Below, piece by piece: positions 1 to 11,214 of a DNA stretch of 38,182 nt; position 1 is the stretch's first letter; each line of letters opens with the position of its first letter. A program made the position numbers and the translations under genes. Source of the stretch: Candidatus Parcubacteria bacterium. Lineage in GTDB: Bacteria; Patescibacteriota; Minisyncoccia; Phycocordibacterales; Zambryskibacteraceae. The stretch lies in NCBI GenBank assembly GCA_019658995.1, contig JAIFWN010000004.1, positions 1-38,182 on the forward strand. The letters run 5' to 3'. Under the pieces are notes generated by a model. It saw nothing but the letters and a program-made list of their open reading frames with translations. It was not told where the DNA came from and made no database searches.

Positions 1-2
1 AT

Positions 3-122
3 GCGTGGGAAGTTGTCAGCACCAACAAAATCACTTCCTGGTTTCTCCTCGTCATCCTCTCCTTCGTAATCGTTGCGTATCTCAAGCACTACAAAAAAGA
101 CATTCTCAAGAAAGCTGTTTAA
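3..122 (+). CDS. 3' end of a CDS entering from the left window edge (C-terminal membrane-helix fragment, product unknown)
   Basis: Frame 3 is open from nt 3 to TAA at 120-122 (AWEVVSTNKITSWFLLVILSFVIVAYLKHYKKDILKKAV*). It has one hydrophobic helix. It is absent from the ORF track because it has no start in the window. Confidence 0.3.
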   Translation, partial: AWEVVSTNKITSWFLLVILSFVIVAYLKHYKKDILKKAV

Positions 123-658
123 CTATTACGCGAATTTAAAAAAAAAAAAAAAAAAAACAGGAAGACTGCCGGAATTAGGAGCAAGCGCAGGTCCGGAACA
201 AAATGATTGGTAAAGAAATTGAGATAGATCAGCATACAGAGTACAACACTCCAGACATAACTTGGCGGTTCCTTGAGCTCAAGCTTAAGAATACGCCAGG
301 CTTGTGCTATATAACTTCCCACCGCCGCGTACATGAATCCGCTGTATAGAGGGACATTGAAAATCTTAAATAATCCCGGCTCAGGATAACTCCATGAGCC
401 GATGAGAGGATGCGTCTTGAACGCCTCAAGAGTGAATCCTATTATATGGAAAAGGAAGATCGTCTTGACTTCATCCTTAGTCTCGAGACCCGTGAAATAC
501 AAAATAGCCTGGATGAGGATCGCCGATATAAACAGAAAATCATACCGATACAATCCCAATAAAGGCAGGTGGTTCGAAAGGAAAAGGAGGGCGAAAAATG
601 AACCGGCAAAGACGCAGGCCCTTGCCTGCTTCAGACCAAAGATAAGAAATTCTCTCAT
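119..658 (-). CDS. DUF817-like integral membrane protein, probably 3'-truncated
   Basis: 179-aa ORF. The motifs FGLKQARACVFAG, RYDFLF, HIIGFTLEAFKT, GSWSYPE, VPLYSGFMYAAVGSYIAQAWR and YLNFFTNHF fit my recollection of the DUF817 family. The ORF ends just after the T20 run. Confidence 0.55.
   Translation of the reverse strand: MREFLIFGLKQARACVFAGSFFALLFLSNHLPLLGLYRYDFLFISAILIQAILYFTGLETKDEVKTIFLFHIIGFTLEAFKTHPLIGSWSYPEPGLFKIFNVPLYSGFMYAAVGSYIAQAWRILKLELKEPPSYVWSVVLCMLIYLNFFTNHFVPDLRLLLIPAVFLFFFFFFLNSRNS
138..157. repeat. 20-nt A homopolymer (T20 on the minus strand)
   Basis: Counted directly: aaa at 138-140, a x10 at 141-150 and a x7 at 151-157. It encodes the FFFFFF run at the C-terminus of the 119..658 ORF. 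Confidence 0.95.
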
Positions 659-664
659 CTCAGG

Positions 665-1315
665 TCAAATTATCTTAAATTCTCTGAAAACAGATTCGTA
701 CAGGGAAATAACATGCTTGGCATCGCGCTCGTTGAGAAGATAATCCGAGCCGGAATGGGCAATCTGATTCCTTATCTTATGTGCTTCCCAGGCGGCATCG
801 AGAGTGAGAAAATCTGATTTCTCCACGCCCTTAAGCATCTCACCCAGCGAATCACCATGATAACCCTGTGCCCTTAGGAGTTCGTCCAGCATGACATCGG
901 CCTCTATAATGGCCAGCCGCCAATCGCCGGCGCTTGGACTATTGATGTGCTCTATGACATGCTCCCATCTTTCGTTTTTGGCATTGGCAGGCTCTTCGGC
1001 ATCCTTTCCTCTTTTTTCAGATCCATAAATTTTACTTTCCTCTTCGTTCAGCTTTTTGAGCTTCCTGTAATTCATGACTAGGGCGACAATAGAGAGGACG
1101 GTAACGATAACACAGAGAACCACTACTATCGGCCACACATACTGAGCAAGCCAGGCCTTGATGACCTGCCATATTGATGCATATGATCCGAATCTCGACT
1201 TCAGCAGATAATCGAGTATGACAGACCAGAGCATCCAGAGGAAGAGTATTATCAGGCCGACAAACCCGAACTCGACGAAATGATCAACCTTCTTCTCTTC
1301 CTTCTTAGGGGGCAT
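665..1315 (-). CDS. Membrane-anchored hypothetical protein with a C-terminal helical domain carrying an Rx4H (HEPN/DUF4145-like) motif
   Basis: 216-aa ORF with two N-terminal hydrophobic helices. The C-terminal segment AWEAHKIRNQIAHSGS contains R-N-Q-I-A-H. Confidence 0.6.
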   Translation of the reverse strand: MPPKKEEKKVDHFVEFGFVGLIILFLWMLWSVILDYLLKSRFGSYASIWQVIKAWLAQYVWPIVVVLCVIVTVLSIVALVMNYRKLKKLNEEESKIYGSEKRGKDAEEPANAKNERWEHVIEHINSPSAGDWRLAIIEADVMLDELLRAQGYHGDSLGEMLKGVEKSDFLTLDAAWEAHKIRNQIAHSGSDYLLNERDAKHVISLYESVFREFKII

Positions 1316-1335
1316 GGATATATTCTACCTCGGTT

Positions 1336-2775
1336 TTATTTCTGAAAATCCTTACCAGCTTCGAAAATCGCAGCTTCGTTCCCAAGATCTGCAGTCAGAA
1401 GCAATCCGAGGGGTAGATTACCAGCCTGCGCAGGCAAGCCCGAGAAGCCGGATGGCACGGACGCAGATGGGCATCCCGATATGTTCCCGGGCACTGTGAA
1501 GATATCCGCCAGATACATAGAGAGCGGATCCGACTTTTCGCCGAACTTGAAGGCTGGAGTAGGTGTGGAAGGTGTCAGTATCAGGTCTACTTCCTTGAAG
1601 GCGTCCCTGAGTTCTTCGGTAATAGCCCGCTTCATGTTTACGGCCTGACCGTAGTATGCGTCATAATAACCGGAGGAGAGTACGTACGTGCCTAAAATAA
1701 TTCTTCGACGTGCTTCCCTGCCGAAACCGGCACCTCGAGTTTTGAAATAGTCGTCAATGGAATTCTCTCCGTCCACATGAAGGCCGTACTTCACCCCGTC
1801 GAAACGGGCGAGATTCGATGAGACTTCAGCCGGCATCAGTATGTAATACACGGCAAGCGAGTACTTGAGGAGCGGGAGGCTAATATTTTTTATCTTATAG
1901 CCGAGAGATTCGAATTTTTTCACCGCTTCTTCGAAATTTTCCGCTACATCTTTGTCGAGCTGACCTTCGAAGAAGTCGCGTGGTACTCCTATCGTAAAGC
2001 CATTCTTACCGAGCAAATTCTGGCCATGCTTTCCGAAGGAAACATCCGAAGAATTAGCGAGAGAAGAATCGCTTAATGTCGTCGAATCAAGCGGATCCTG
2101 GCCTTTCACAACCTCGTACAACATCTCGGCGTCCTCGACAGTCTTGGCAAACGGCCCGATCTGGTCGAGCGAACTCGCCATAGCAATCAAACCGCTGCGA
2201 GAGACTCTTCCATATGTAGGCTTCATACCGACGATACCGGTGAAAGCGGCCGGCTGACGTATCGAGCCGCCAGTATCCGATCCGAAAGCGGCCAAGACCA
2301 TCCCGGCTGCTACAGCAGCAGCCGACCCGCCTGAAGATCCTCCGGGTACTCTCTCCGGATCAATAGGATTTTTGGTCGGACCATAGGCCGAATTTTCCGT
2401 GGAAGAACCCATGGCAAATTCGTCGCAATTAGTGCGGCCGATGATCACCGCGCCGGCTTCTTTTAACTTTTTGACTACAGTAGAGTCATAGGTAGCCCGA
2501 TAATTTTCAAGGATTTTGCTGCCGGCGCTCGCGATCTTGCCTTTGACAAGCATATTATCCTTAAGCGCGATAGGAATACCACCTAAGGGCAGATTAATAT
2601 TGGCCTTCTCTGCTTGTTCTAAGCAATCATCAAACACTTCGAGAAATGCGTGAACTTCTGGGTCTTTGTGCTTAATTGCATCAAGACAGGCTTGAGTAAG
2701 CTCGCGCGCAGTGAAGTCGCCTTTTTTTAGAGCCTCGCGCGCACTGACTATTGTTAGTTTTTGTAAGTCGATCAT
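1336..2775 (-). CDS. gatA: Asp-tRNA(Asn)/Glu-tRNA(Gln) amidotransferase subunit A
   Basis: 479 aa. It has the amidase signature GGSSGGSAAAVAAG and the KDN motif (ALKDNMLVKG). It lies directly downstream of gatC with a 1-nt overlap. Confidence 0.95.
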   Translation of the reverse strand: MIDLQKLTIVSAREALKKGDFTARELTQACLDAIKHKDPEVHAFLEVFDDCLEQAEKANINLPLGGIPIALKDNMLVKGKIASAGSKILENYRATYDSTVVKKLKEAGAVIIGRTNCDEFAMGSSTENSAYGPTKNPIDPERVPGGSSGGSAAAVAAGMVLAAFGSDTGGSIRQPAAFTGIVGMKPTYGRVSRSGLIAMASSLDQIGPFAKTVEDAEMLYEVVKGQDPLDSTTLSDSSLANSSDVSFGKHGQNLLGKNGFTIGVPRDFFEGQLDKDVAENFEEAVKKFESLGYKIKNISLPLLKYSLAVYYILMPAEVSSNLARFDGVKYGLHVDGENSIDDYFKTRGAGFGREARRRIILGTYVLSSGYYDAYYGQAVNMKRAITEELRDAFKEVDLILTPSTPTPAFKFGEKSDPLSMYLADIFTVPGNISGCPSASVPSGFSGLPAQAGNLPLGLLLTADLGNEAAIFEAGKDFQK

Positions 2776-3056
2776 TAGAGAATTTTCTTGACCGATACAT
2801 ATTGCCCTTTCCTCTTCGGAGCAGCGTTCAAAAGCGCTTCTGTATATATGCCTGACTCGTGCGGATTAACATCCTCGCGCATAACATTGCGGAGCAAGGG
2901 CTTTTCTTTGCCACCTGTCCCCTTCAACCTGGCCCCTTTTATTTCTCCCACATACTTTAAAATCGCTTCGAACTCGTGCGCGAGGCTCTCTGCCTCCTCA
3001 CTCGAGATCTCGATCCTAGCCAATTTCGCCAATTTCAAGACTTCCTCCTTATTCAT
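2775..3056 (-). CDS. gatC: Asp-tRNA(Asn)/Glu-tRNA(Gln) amidotransferase subunit C
   Basis: 93 aa. The N-terminus (VLKLAKLARIEISSEEAESLAHEFEAILKYV) and the LRED-type segment (NVMREDV) are typical of GatC. Its position upstream of gatA also fits. Confidence 0.9.
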   Translation of the reverse strand: MNKEEVLKLAKLARIEISSEEAESLAHEFEAILKYVGEIKGARLKGTGGKEKPLLRNVMREDVNPHESGIYTEALLNAAPKRKGQYVSVKKIL

Positions 3057-3060
3057 AGGG

Positions 3061-5076
<2,016 letters not shown>

Positions 5077-5565
5077 TTAGTATCTCACGCGGACTGCTCG
5101 CTCAACCCTGCGGGCATTGCCCGGTGCGCAGGTATTATAGCCCAAAGATTCTATGGTGGTACGAAGGTCAGGAGTCTTGGTAACTGTCACCGTAGCGCAG
5201 TAAGGGTCAGGCAGGAATGTCAGCGAAAAGACAGAGATTCCCGAGGCTCCGCCGACCTGGTTCGGTGTCGGGTTGGTTTTACCTCCCTGCGTATTGACAG
5301 AGTCGGAATTGCAGTTGATGGTCGACGTAGTCGTGGTTGAAAAGGCGCTTAGTCCGGAAGGGTTTTTGACATCCCAGTAGATAGCGCACTCGATGCCGGT
5401 ATCCGCTGCGTAGAAGGCGAACTGTGACTCTCTGCCGGCCGAAGCCAGGATGGCTTCTTTGACCGCTACAGATACTATGCCGGTCGAGACCAGGAGCAGA
5501 GTGGCCGTAATGACGATAGCGATAAGCAATGTGAATCCTCGCTGATTTTTTCTTTGGTTTTTCAT
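5077..5565 (-). CDS. Minor pilin, PilX-like (prepilin-type N-terminus lacking Glu5)
   Basis: I place the start at the internal ATG giving MKNQRKNQRGFTLLIAIVITATLLL. This ATG overlaps the stop of the upstream gene (ATGA at 5562-5565). It has a hydrophobic N-terminal helix with a GFTL cleavage-type motif. Confidence 0.7.
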   Translation of the reverse strand: MKNQRKNQRGFTLLIAIVITATLLLVSTGIVSVAVKEAILASAGRESQFAFYAADTGIECAIYWDVKNPSGLSAFSTTTTSTINCNSDSVNTQGGKTNPTPNQVGGASGISVFSLTFLPDPYCATVTVTKTPDLRTTIESLGYNTCAPGNARRVERAVRVRY

Positions 5566-6095
5566 TGCCAGTTGAAGATATTTTCCCGGGCACGGAATGA
5601 GCGGTTGACGAGCCCCTTTGACCACGTCACGGTCACGGTTATGGAGACTTCGTTTGCATTAATTGAAGTGATTTCCACCTCCCGCTTGAAAGTCGTATCG
5701 GGCCAGGAAGAATCGTAACCGAAGAAGCCATTGACCGGGTCCTGCTTCAGCACCGGACATGAGGGCTGACCCTGGGGGCAGGTAGAGATTGTGTTGACCT
5801 GATCCAGGGAATCGACTTTGCACTTCTTGCCGTTGTTGCAGGGATCGCCGGCATTGGCAATGCCGCTTAGCCAGTTCGCCCCGGTCAGACCGTTTTGATC
5901 CCTCCTGTTTCTTACAATCTCGACTCCTTCCTGAGCAAGATAGAAGGCTACTATCTGGTCTTTGGAAAAGATTGCCGAGGAGATGCCGTTCTGCGCCGCG
6001 GCAAATGCTCCCGTCACCGCAAGAACGAGAATGGATATGGCGATGAGGGATTCGACCAGGGTAAAGCCTTTTTCTTTTTTGGTGTTGATCTTCAT
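5562..6095 (-). CDS. Type IV minor pilin / pseudopilin (prepilin-type N-terminal cleavage/methylation domain)
   Basis: The N-terminus KGFTLVESLIAISILVLAV shows the class III signal G|FTLxE. Confidence 0.8.
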   Translation of the reverse strand: MKINTKKEKGFTLVESLIAISILVLAVTGAFAAAQNGISSAIFSKDQIVAFYLAQEGVEIVRNRRDQNGLTGANWLSGIANAGDPCNNGKKCKVDSLDQVNTISTCPQGQPSCPVLKQDPVNGFFGYDSSWPDTTFKREVEITSINANEVSITVTVTWSKGLVNRSFRARENIFNWQ

Positions 6096-6097
6096 AG

Positions 6098-6637
6098 CTA
6101 ATTATCCAAAAGCCTCTGCGAGACCAGGGTCTGCAGGGTGAAATCGGTTCTGGCCGCCGCCTTGGTGCCCGCGGAACCCTTTATCTTGATCACGATCTTC
6201 GGCTGCAGGCCCTCCCCGGCATTGGCACCGAGTACGTAGAATTTCATATCCGAGATAGTGATCTCCGGCGCGGTCACCGGCACGTAAGTCAGTCCGGCGT
6301 CCGTAGATTTTTCGATGGAAGTGCCGGACTGCCTGTAGACTATGATCCTGCCATCATTTGCGAGGAAGGCTATCGAGTTTCCGCCATTCGAGCAATTCTG
6401 CCTGCTCGGAAGCGGAGGGGTCAGGCCGCAGTCATAAACGGTGCCGAAGCGCATCTCGCGGGTCATGCTCTCTACGGATAGATTGAGGTTGTCCATGACC
6501 GCCTTCAGAGATTCCGATTTCCTGTTGAGATCGAATACCTGAAGAATGGATCCCATGGATATGGTCATGACAATGGCGAAAACCGTTACCGCCGTCATCA
6601 TCTCTATGAGAGTAAATCCTTTTCGGAAATTTTTCAT
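6098..6637 (-). CDS. Type IV minor pilin / pseudopilin
   Basis: N-terminus MKNFRKGFTLIEMMTAVTVFAIVM. Confidence 0.8.
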   Translation of the reverse strand: MKNFRKGFTLIEMMTAVTVFAIVMTISMGSILQVFDLNRKSESLKAVMDNLNLSVESMTREMRFGTVYDCGLTPPLPSRQNCSNGGNSIAFLANDGRIIVYRQSGTSIEKSTDAGLTYVPVTAPEITISDMKFYVLGANAGEGLQPKIVIKIKGSAGTKAAARTDFTLQTLVSQRLLDN

Positions 6638-7251
6638 CGTACCGATATCTGACCCGTTACGTAAACCACTACGGAATTCTTCTTGCCATCGATGGATGTC
6701 AGTTCCACTCTCGCGCCTTTGAGCGACGGGTCCGCCGGACCGCCGTTGTATGAAATCTTAGCCTCTATGGCCGGACGGACGAATGAGATATCGAGCCGAG
6801 TAATGCCGTTACAGCTTTCCGTGCCGGAAGCATCGACGATTGTGCAGAGTTTGCTCACGGTATTACCACCGGACATGGTGATCTTATCCAGACATTCTGA
6901 CGCCCCGCCTATCGGACAGGTGAAGTTACCGTCATAACGGCCGTTCAATGGCGAGCGGTCGGCAAAGAAAATATATGAGGTGTTGTCTCCTCCGGAAGAG
7001 ATATCGAACTCAACCCCGTAACCTGCGCTGAACCCGCCTGCGGCCCCCGGAGAATACTCTTTGACTGAAATGCCGTAGACCTGAGCCTGGCGGAGCGACA
7101 ACCCGAGGTTGTTGGCCAGGTTCTTCAGGGCCGCTCCCGATGTATAGCGAGACTGATTGAAGCCGATTATGGAAGTCAGAGCAAGCATCACGCCCACCGT
7201 GATCATAAGCTCGAGAAGAGTAAATCCCTTACTGGAAGAATGAAAGGACAT
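6634..7251 (-). CDS. Type IV minor pilin / pseudopilin (FimT/GspH-like)
   Basis: N-terminus SKGFTLLELMITVGVMLAL. It shares a 4-nt overlap with the downstream gene. Confidence 0.8.
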   Translation of the reverse strand: MSFHSSSKGFTLLELMITVGVMLALTSIIGFNQSRYTSGAALKNLANNLGLSLRQAQVYGISVKEYSPGAAGGFSAGYGVEFDISSGGDNTSYIFFADRSPLNGRYDGNFTCPIGGASECLDKITMSGGNTVSKLCTIVDASGTESCNGITRLDISFVRPAIEAKISYNGGPADPSLKGARVELTSIDGKKNSVVVYVTGQISVR

Positions 7252-7972
7252 GGAGTATATCGAGATGGAAAACGAGACTTACCCAGGCACCCGCCACCAT
7301 GAACGGCGCAAAAGGTATCTCGCTCTTAATTGTAATTCTTTTTGCGGAAAAAATCTTACCGAAGAGCATCAGCGGGAGCGTCACCGCCGTACCTATCCAG
7401 AAGGAGAGAACAATGGCCGAGAGCCCGTAAGCTCCGCCCAGAAGCAGGCCGACGGACAGAGCGAGTTTTGCATCTCCGAAGCCGAGTGCCCTACCCCGTG
7501 ACAGAAGCCAGCCGAGACCGAAGAGTGCGAAGAGTACCGGCCCTGAGAGCCAGTCTATAGTACCGCCTCCCGTGTAAAACCTGAATAATAAAGAGAGGAA
7601 AATAGCTCCGTACACAAGCTGGTCCGGAATGATTTTGTGCCTGAAATCGTAGATGACAATGACGATGTATAGAGCAAAGATCGGCCAATACAGATAGCTG
7701 AGAGTCGCGAAGACGAGACCGGTGAAGATTTCTACGGATACGTACTGGAGAGATATGGGCGTCTTGCACCTGCTACATCTGCCTCTAAGGAAAAAGAAGC
7801 TTGCCACAGGCAGGAGTTCCCACCAGCGGAGTTCGGACGCGCAGGAGGCGCACGATGAGCGTCCGCCTAGGGAGAGCCCGGAGCGGTAACGCAAGCCCAC
7901 AACATTGAGGAAGCTGCCGACTATAGCTCCCAGTACAAACAAGGGTAAAAATAAAAACAATGCCGGAAGCAT
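7229..7972 (-). CDS. pilD: Prepilin peptidase (A24 family)
   Basis: 247-aa polytopic membrane protein. It has a CxxC...CxxC segment (CASCASEL...CSRCKTPIS) and the catalytic-type Asp motif GFGDAKL. Confidence 0.9.
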   Translation of the reverse strand: MLPALFLFLPLFVLGAIVGSFLNVVGLRYRSGLSLGGRSSCASCASELRWWELLPVASFFFLRGRCSRCKTPISLQYVSVEIFTGLVFATLSYLYWPIFALYIVIVIYDFRHKIIPDQLVYGAIFLSLLFRFYTGGGTIDWLSGPVLFALFGLGWLLSRGRALGFGDAKLALSVGLLLGGAYGLSAIVLSFWIGTAVTLPLMLFGKIFSAKRITIKSEIPFAPFMVAGAWVSLVFHLDILHVLSFFQ

Positions 7973-8001
7973 TGTTTTTATTATATCAGCTTAAGCTGAG
8001 G

Positions 8002-8490
8002 TTAGTTGCAGGTAACGTCGCTTTGAGCCTGTGCTGCGGCATTCTGCTTGGAAACGCCCGTCGAGTCTACGCACCAGAATTGTCCAGCGGTGGTGAGAGA
8101 AGCTGATACTGCATAAGCGGAAGCGGTTGACTGGCAGCTCAGAGTTGTACCCGTCGGCCAGGCCGTAGCAGTACCGGTGTACTGGTTCATACCCGAAGCC
8201 GCATCGGTAAACATAGCGCCGGTACATGGCAAGGCCGCTGAAGCCATGGTGGAGGCGGTATATCCACCGTTATTGTCGTAGTAAACTTCGGCCGCTGCGC
8301 GGAGTCCTGCGAGCTGAGCCTTGACCTTGGCATCATTGCCCTTGTTGCGGGCCGAGTTTAGCGAGGCAAGCACCACAGACGAAAGAATTCCGATGATGGC
8401 GATGACCACCAGGAGCTCGATGAGGGTGAAGCCTCTTTTGGTTCCCCCGGGACCCATCTTCCAACCTTTAAAATTTATCCTTTTAAGCAT
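8002..8490 (-). CDS. pilA: Type IV major pilin
   Basis: It has KRGFTLIELLVVIAIIGILSSVVLASLNSAR followed by a C-terminal domain with four Cys. The true start may be the internal ATG at 8457 (MGPGGTKRGFTL). Confidence 0.85.
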   Translation of the reverse strand: MLKRINFKGWKMGPGGTKRGFTLIELLVVIAIIGILSSVVLASLNSARNKGNDAKVKAQLAGLRAAAEVYYDNNGGYTASTMASAALPCTGAMFTDAASGMNQYTGTATAWPTGTTLSCQSTASAYAVSASLTTAGQFWCVDSTGVSKQNAAAQAQSDVTCN

Positions 8491-8533
8491 ATTTATCGTT
8501 AATTTTATTTACCTTCCCATTATACCTCTGCTG

Positions 8534-9742
8534 TCAGGCTCCGGCAGAGTTGGCAATGTTATATATGGGGATAAGCACCGAGGCTAAAAGCGTGCCTACG
8601 CCAAGGCCCAGGGCTACAATCATGACCGGCTCTATAAGGCCGACTAGGGTATCAACCGCATTGACCACCTCTCTTTGGTAGAAACGGGCCATGGTCTTCA
8701 GTATGCTGCCAAGCTCACCGGTCTCCTCCCCGACCTTAACCATTTGTATGAGCATGGCCGGCATTTCTTCATACTGAGATAGACTCTGCGACAGAGAACT
8801 TCCTCCCTTGACTGCCGCGACGCTATCCTCGAGCATGTTCCTATATACATCGTTGCCCACCACATTGGCAGTTACTTCGAGAGAACGCACCATCGGTATG
8901 CCCGAGATGATCATGGTCGAGAGATTATCGGTGATAACGGAAAGATAGAGTTTCTTGTACAGAGTACCGAGATAAGGGACAGAGAGCTTGAATCTGGCAA
9001 AAGTATGACTGCCCTCCTCGGTGCGAAGAAAACGGAAAAAGAAGAAGCCGAACACCAGAAGTGCCGCCAGTATTAGAATGCCGTAAGAAAGTATGAAGTT
9101 TGAGAAAGCGAATACGACTGCCGTGTAGAACGGAACAGGCTGCCCGGAGTCGAGCAGGATAACCGATATCTTCGGAATGATGACAGTAAACATGAGAATC
9201 ATTACCGCTATGAAGACAGCAATGACGAAAGCCGGATAGATGAGGGCGTTCTTTGCCTTCGAAACCACTTCGTAATTGCGGTCGAGGTGGTCGGCTAGAT
9301 ACTCGAACGTCTCATTGAGCTTTCCCGTCTCCTCTCCGCTCTTTACCATATTCACGTAGAAGTCGGAAAAAATTTCCGGATGTTTGCCGAGCGCCTTGGA
9401 GATAGAGCTTCCGGCCTGCAGATCATCGGTGATCTCGATAAGAGAACGCCTGAGATGCTGGTTCTCGGCTTCGGATGCAAGGAGCGAGAAGATCTTCAGT
9501 GCGGAGACCGAAGCGTTGAAAAGCGTTGCCATCTGCCTCGAGAGTATGACCACATCCTTCGTCGTAACCTTTTCTCCCAAGGAAAGCTTGGAGAGCCATG
9601 TTTCCTTTTCGGCCGGATCGATGGCGGCGATGATCAAGCCGCGCTTCTGCAGGCTGTCGATAGCCACTTCAAGCGATACAGCCTCGATGGAACCGGACTT
9701 CTGCGCTCCGCCCTGCTCCAATGCCTTATAGTTGTAGAGCAT
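8534..9742 (-). CDS. pilC: Type IV pilus platform protein (GspF/PilC family)
   Basis: 402 aa with the duplicated T2SS-F architecture and three or more TM helices, e.g. ETGKLNETFEYLADHL and ETGELGSILKTMARFY. Confidence 0.9.
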   Translation of the reverse strand: MLYNYKALEQGGAQKSGSIEAVSLEVAIDSLQKRGLIIAAIDPAEKETWLSKLSLGEKVTTKDVVILSRQMATLFNASVSALKIFSLLASEAENQHLRRSLIEITDDLQAGSSISKALGKHPEIFSDFYVNMVKSGEETGKLNETFEYLADHLDRNYEVVSKAKNALIYPAFVIAVFIAVMILMFTVIIPKISVILLDSGQPVPFYTAVVFAFSNFILSYGILILAALLVFGFFFFRFLRTEEGSHTFARFKLSVPYLGTLYKKLYLSVITDNLSTMIISGIPMVRSLEVTANVVGNDVYRNMLEDSVAAVKGGSSLSQSLSQYEEMPAMLIQMVKVGEETGELGSILKTMARFYQREVVNAVDTLVGLIEPVMIVALGLGVGTLLASVLIPIYNIANSAGA

Positions 9743-9751
9743 TTGGTTGAA

Positions 9752-10816
9752 TTATATCATCCTCTCCAGGGCACGGGGATTTGTAGAGTACTGGAAAGCG
9801 TTCTCCGGTGTTATTTCCCCGCGGCGCACCAAGTCGGAGAGTGAACGGTTGAAGTCGATCATTCCCTCTTCGCTCGAAGTCTCTATGACGGCGTTGATTT
9901 CGTGAGTGCGCTTCTCACGTATGAGATTGGCCACGGCATTGTTGTTTATCAGAAGTTCGTAAGCCGGTATGAGCCCGCCCTTGACCCGAGGCAGAAGCCG
10001 CTGAGAGAAGATACCTATGAGTGACCCGGAGAGCTGGAAGCGGATCTGCTCCTGCTGGTCGGCCCCGAAGGAGTCGATGATGCGGTCGACGGTCTGGGCA
10101 GCCGTATTGGTATGCAGAGTCGAGAGCACCAAGTGGCCTGTTTCGGCAGCGGTGACGGCCGTAGCAATAGTATCAGGCTCGCGCATCTCTCCGACCATTA
10201 TGACGTCGGCATCCTGCCGAAAAACTCCCCAGAGAGCGGTGTGGAAATCCGGAGTATCATTTTTGACCTCGCGCTGGTCGATAATCGACTTGGCCGGAGT
10301 GAAGAGGAACTCGATCGGGTCCTCGATGGTAACTATGTGCTCGAGTCTGTCCTGGTTTATTGTCTCTATCATACTGGCCAGAGTGGTCGACTTTCCCTGT
10401 CCGGCCGGACCAACGACCAGGAAGAATCCCTGCTGCTTGCCGGCAAAACTGTTCAGAATCTTTGGGAGATTCAGTTCTTCGAAACTCTTGACCTTGGTCG
10501 GCACCAGGCGGAGTGCCACCGACTTCCTGCCGACGGTTTCAAAAATATTTCCTCGGAAGCGGGCACCGCTTTCATGCATATAAGCGAAGTTTGCCTCGTT
10601 TTTCTCGGCAAACTCTTTCTGGTTCGCCGGAGTGAGAAAGATATTCTCAAGCTCGGTCAGATTTTCCTTAGTGAGCGGGGCAAACTTCTCCAGAGGTATG
10701 AGGAAGCCGGAAGCTCTTATGGCCGGCTTTCTGCCTTCGGAGAGATGGAGGTCCGAGGCATTCTCCTTGGTTACGATGCCCACGAGCTCGCCGAGAAGAG
10801 TTTCCGCTGTTCCCAT
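9752..10816 (-). CDS. pilT: Type IV pilus retraction ATPase (PilT family)
   Basis: 354 aa. It has Walker A GPAGQGKSTT, an Asp box, Walker B (IMVGEMRE) and a His box (GHLVLSTLHTN). Confidence 0.9.
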   Translation of the reverse strand: MGTAETLLGELVGIVTKENASDLHLSEGRKPAIRASGFLIPLEKFAPLTKENLTELENIFLTPANQKEFAEKNEANFAYMHESGARFRGNIFETVGRKSVALRLVPTKVKSFEELNLPKILNSFAGKQQGFFLVVGPAGQGKSTTLASMIETINQDRLEHIVTIEDPIEFLFTPAKSIIDQREVKNDTPDFHTALWGVFRQDADVIMVGEMREPDTIATAVTAAETGHLVLSTLHTNTAAQTVDRIIDSFGADQQEQIRFQLSGSLIGIFSQRLLPRVKGGLIPAYELLINNNAVANLIREKRTHEINAVIETSSEEGMIDFNRSLSDLVRRGEITPENAFQYSTNPRALERMI

Positions 10817-10817
10817 G

Positions 10818-11207
10818 TTACTTGATGTCCCTATCGGCGATTTTTATAATTTCTTCGACCACTTCAGATGGTATGGATGTTGCTTTGACTATATAGCCGG
10901 CCACGCCCAGATTTTTGGCCTCCTCGATTTTCGATGATGCGCTTTCGTTGGTAAGCATTACTACCAGGGATTTTTCCGAAAGTTTTTCCTGCCTGATCGC
11001 CTTTAGAAGCTCGAGACCGTCCATGCCCGGCATTATTATGTCGAGAACGAGGATATCGTACTTACCTCCGGCGCGCAGTTTGGAGAGAGCTTCTTCCGGA
11101 CCGACGCACATGTCGGCGTTTACTCCGTATTTCTCAAACTTCTTCTGATACATACCGAGGAGGAACTTATCGTCGTCTACCAGGAGTACCGAGTAAGGCT
11201 TGTTCAT
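10818..11207 (-). CDS. Stand-alone response-regulator receiver domain (CheY/PilH-like)
   Basis: 129 aa. It has VLLVDDD, a phospho-acceptor context (LDIIMPGMDG) and a conserved Lys region (YIVKA). No output domain is present. Confidence 0.85.
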   Translation of the reverse strand: MNKPYSVLLVDDDKFLLGMYQKKFEKYGVNADMCVGPEEALSKLRAGGKYDILVLDIIMPGMDGLELLKAIRQEKLSEKSLVVMLTNESASSKIEEAKNLGVAGYIVKATSIPSEVVEEIIKIADRDIK

Positions 11208-11214
11208 ATTTGTA

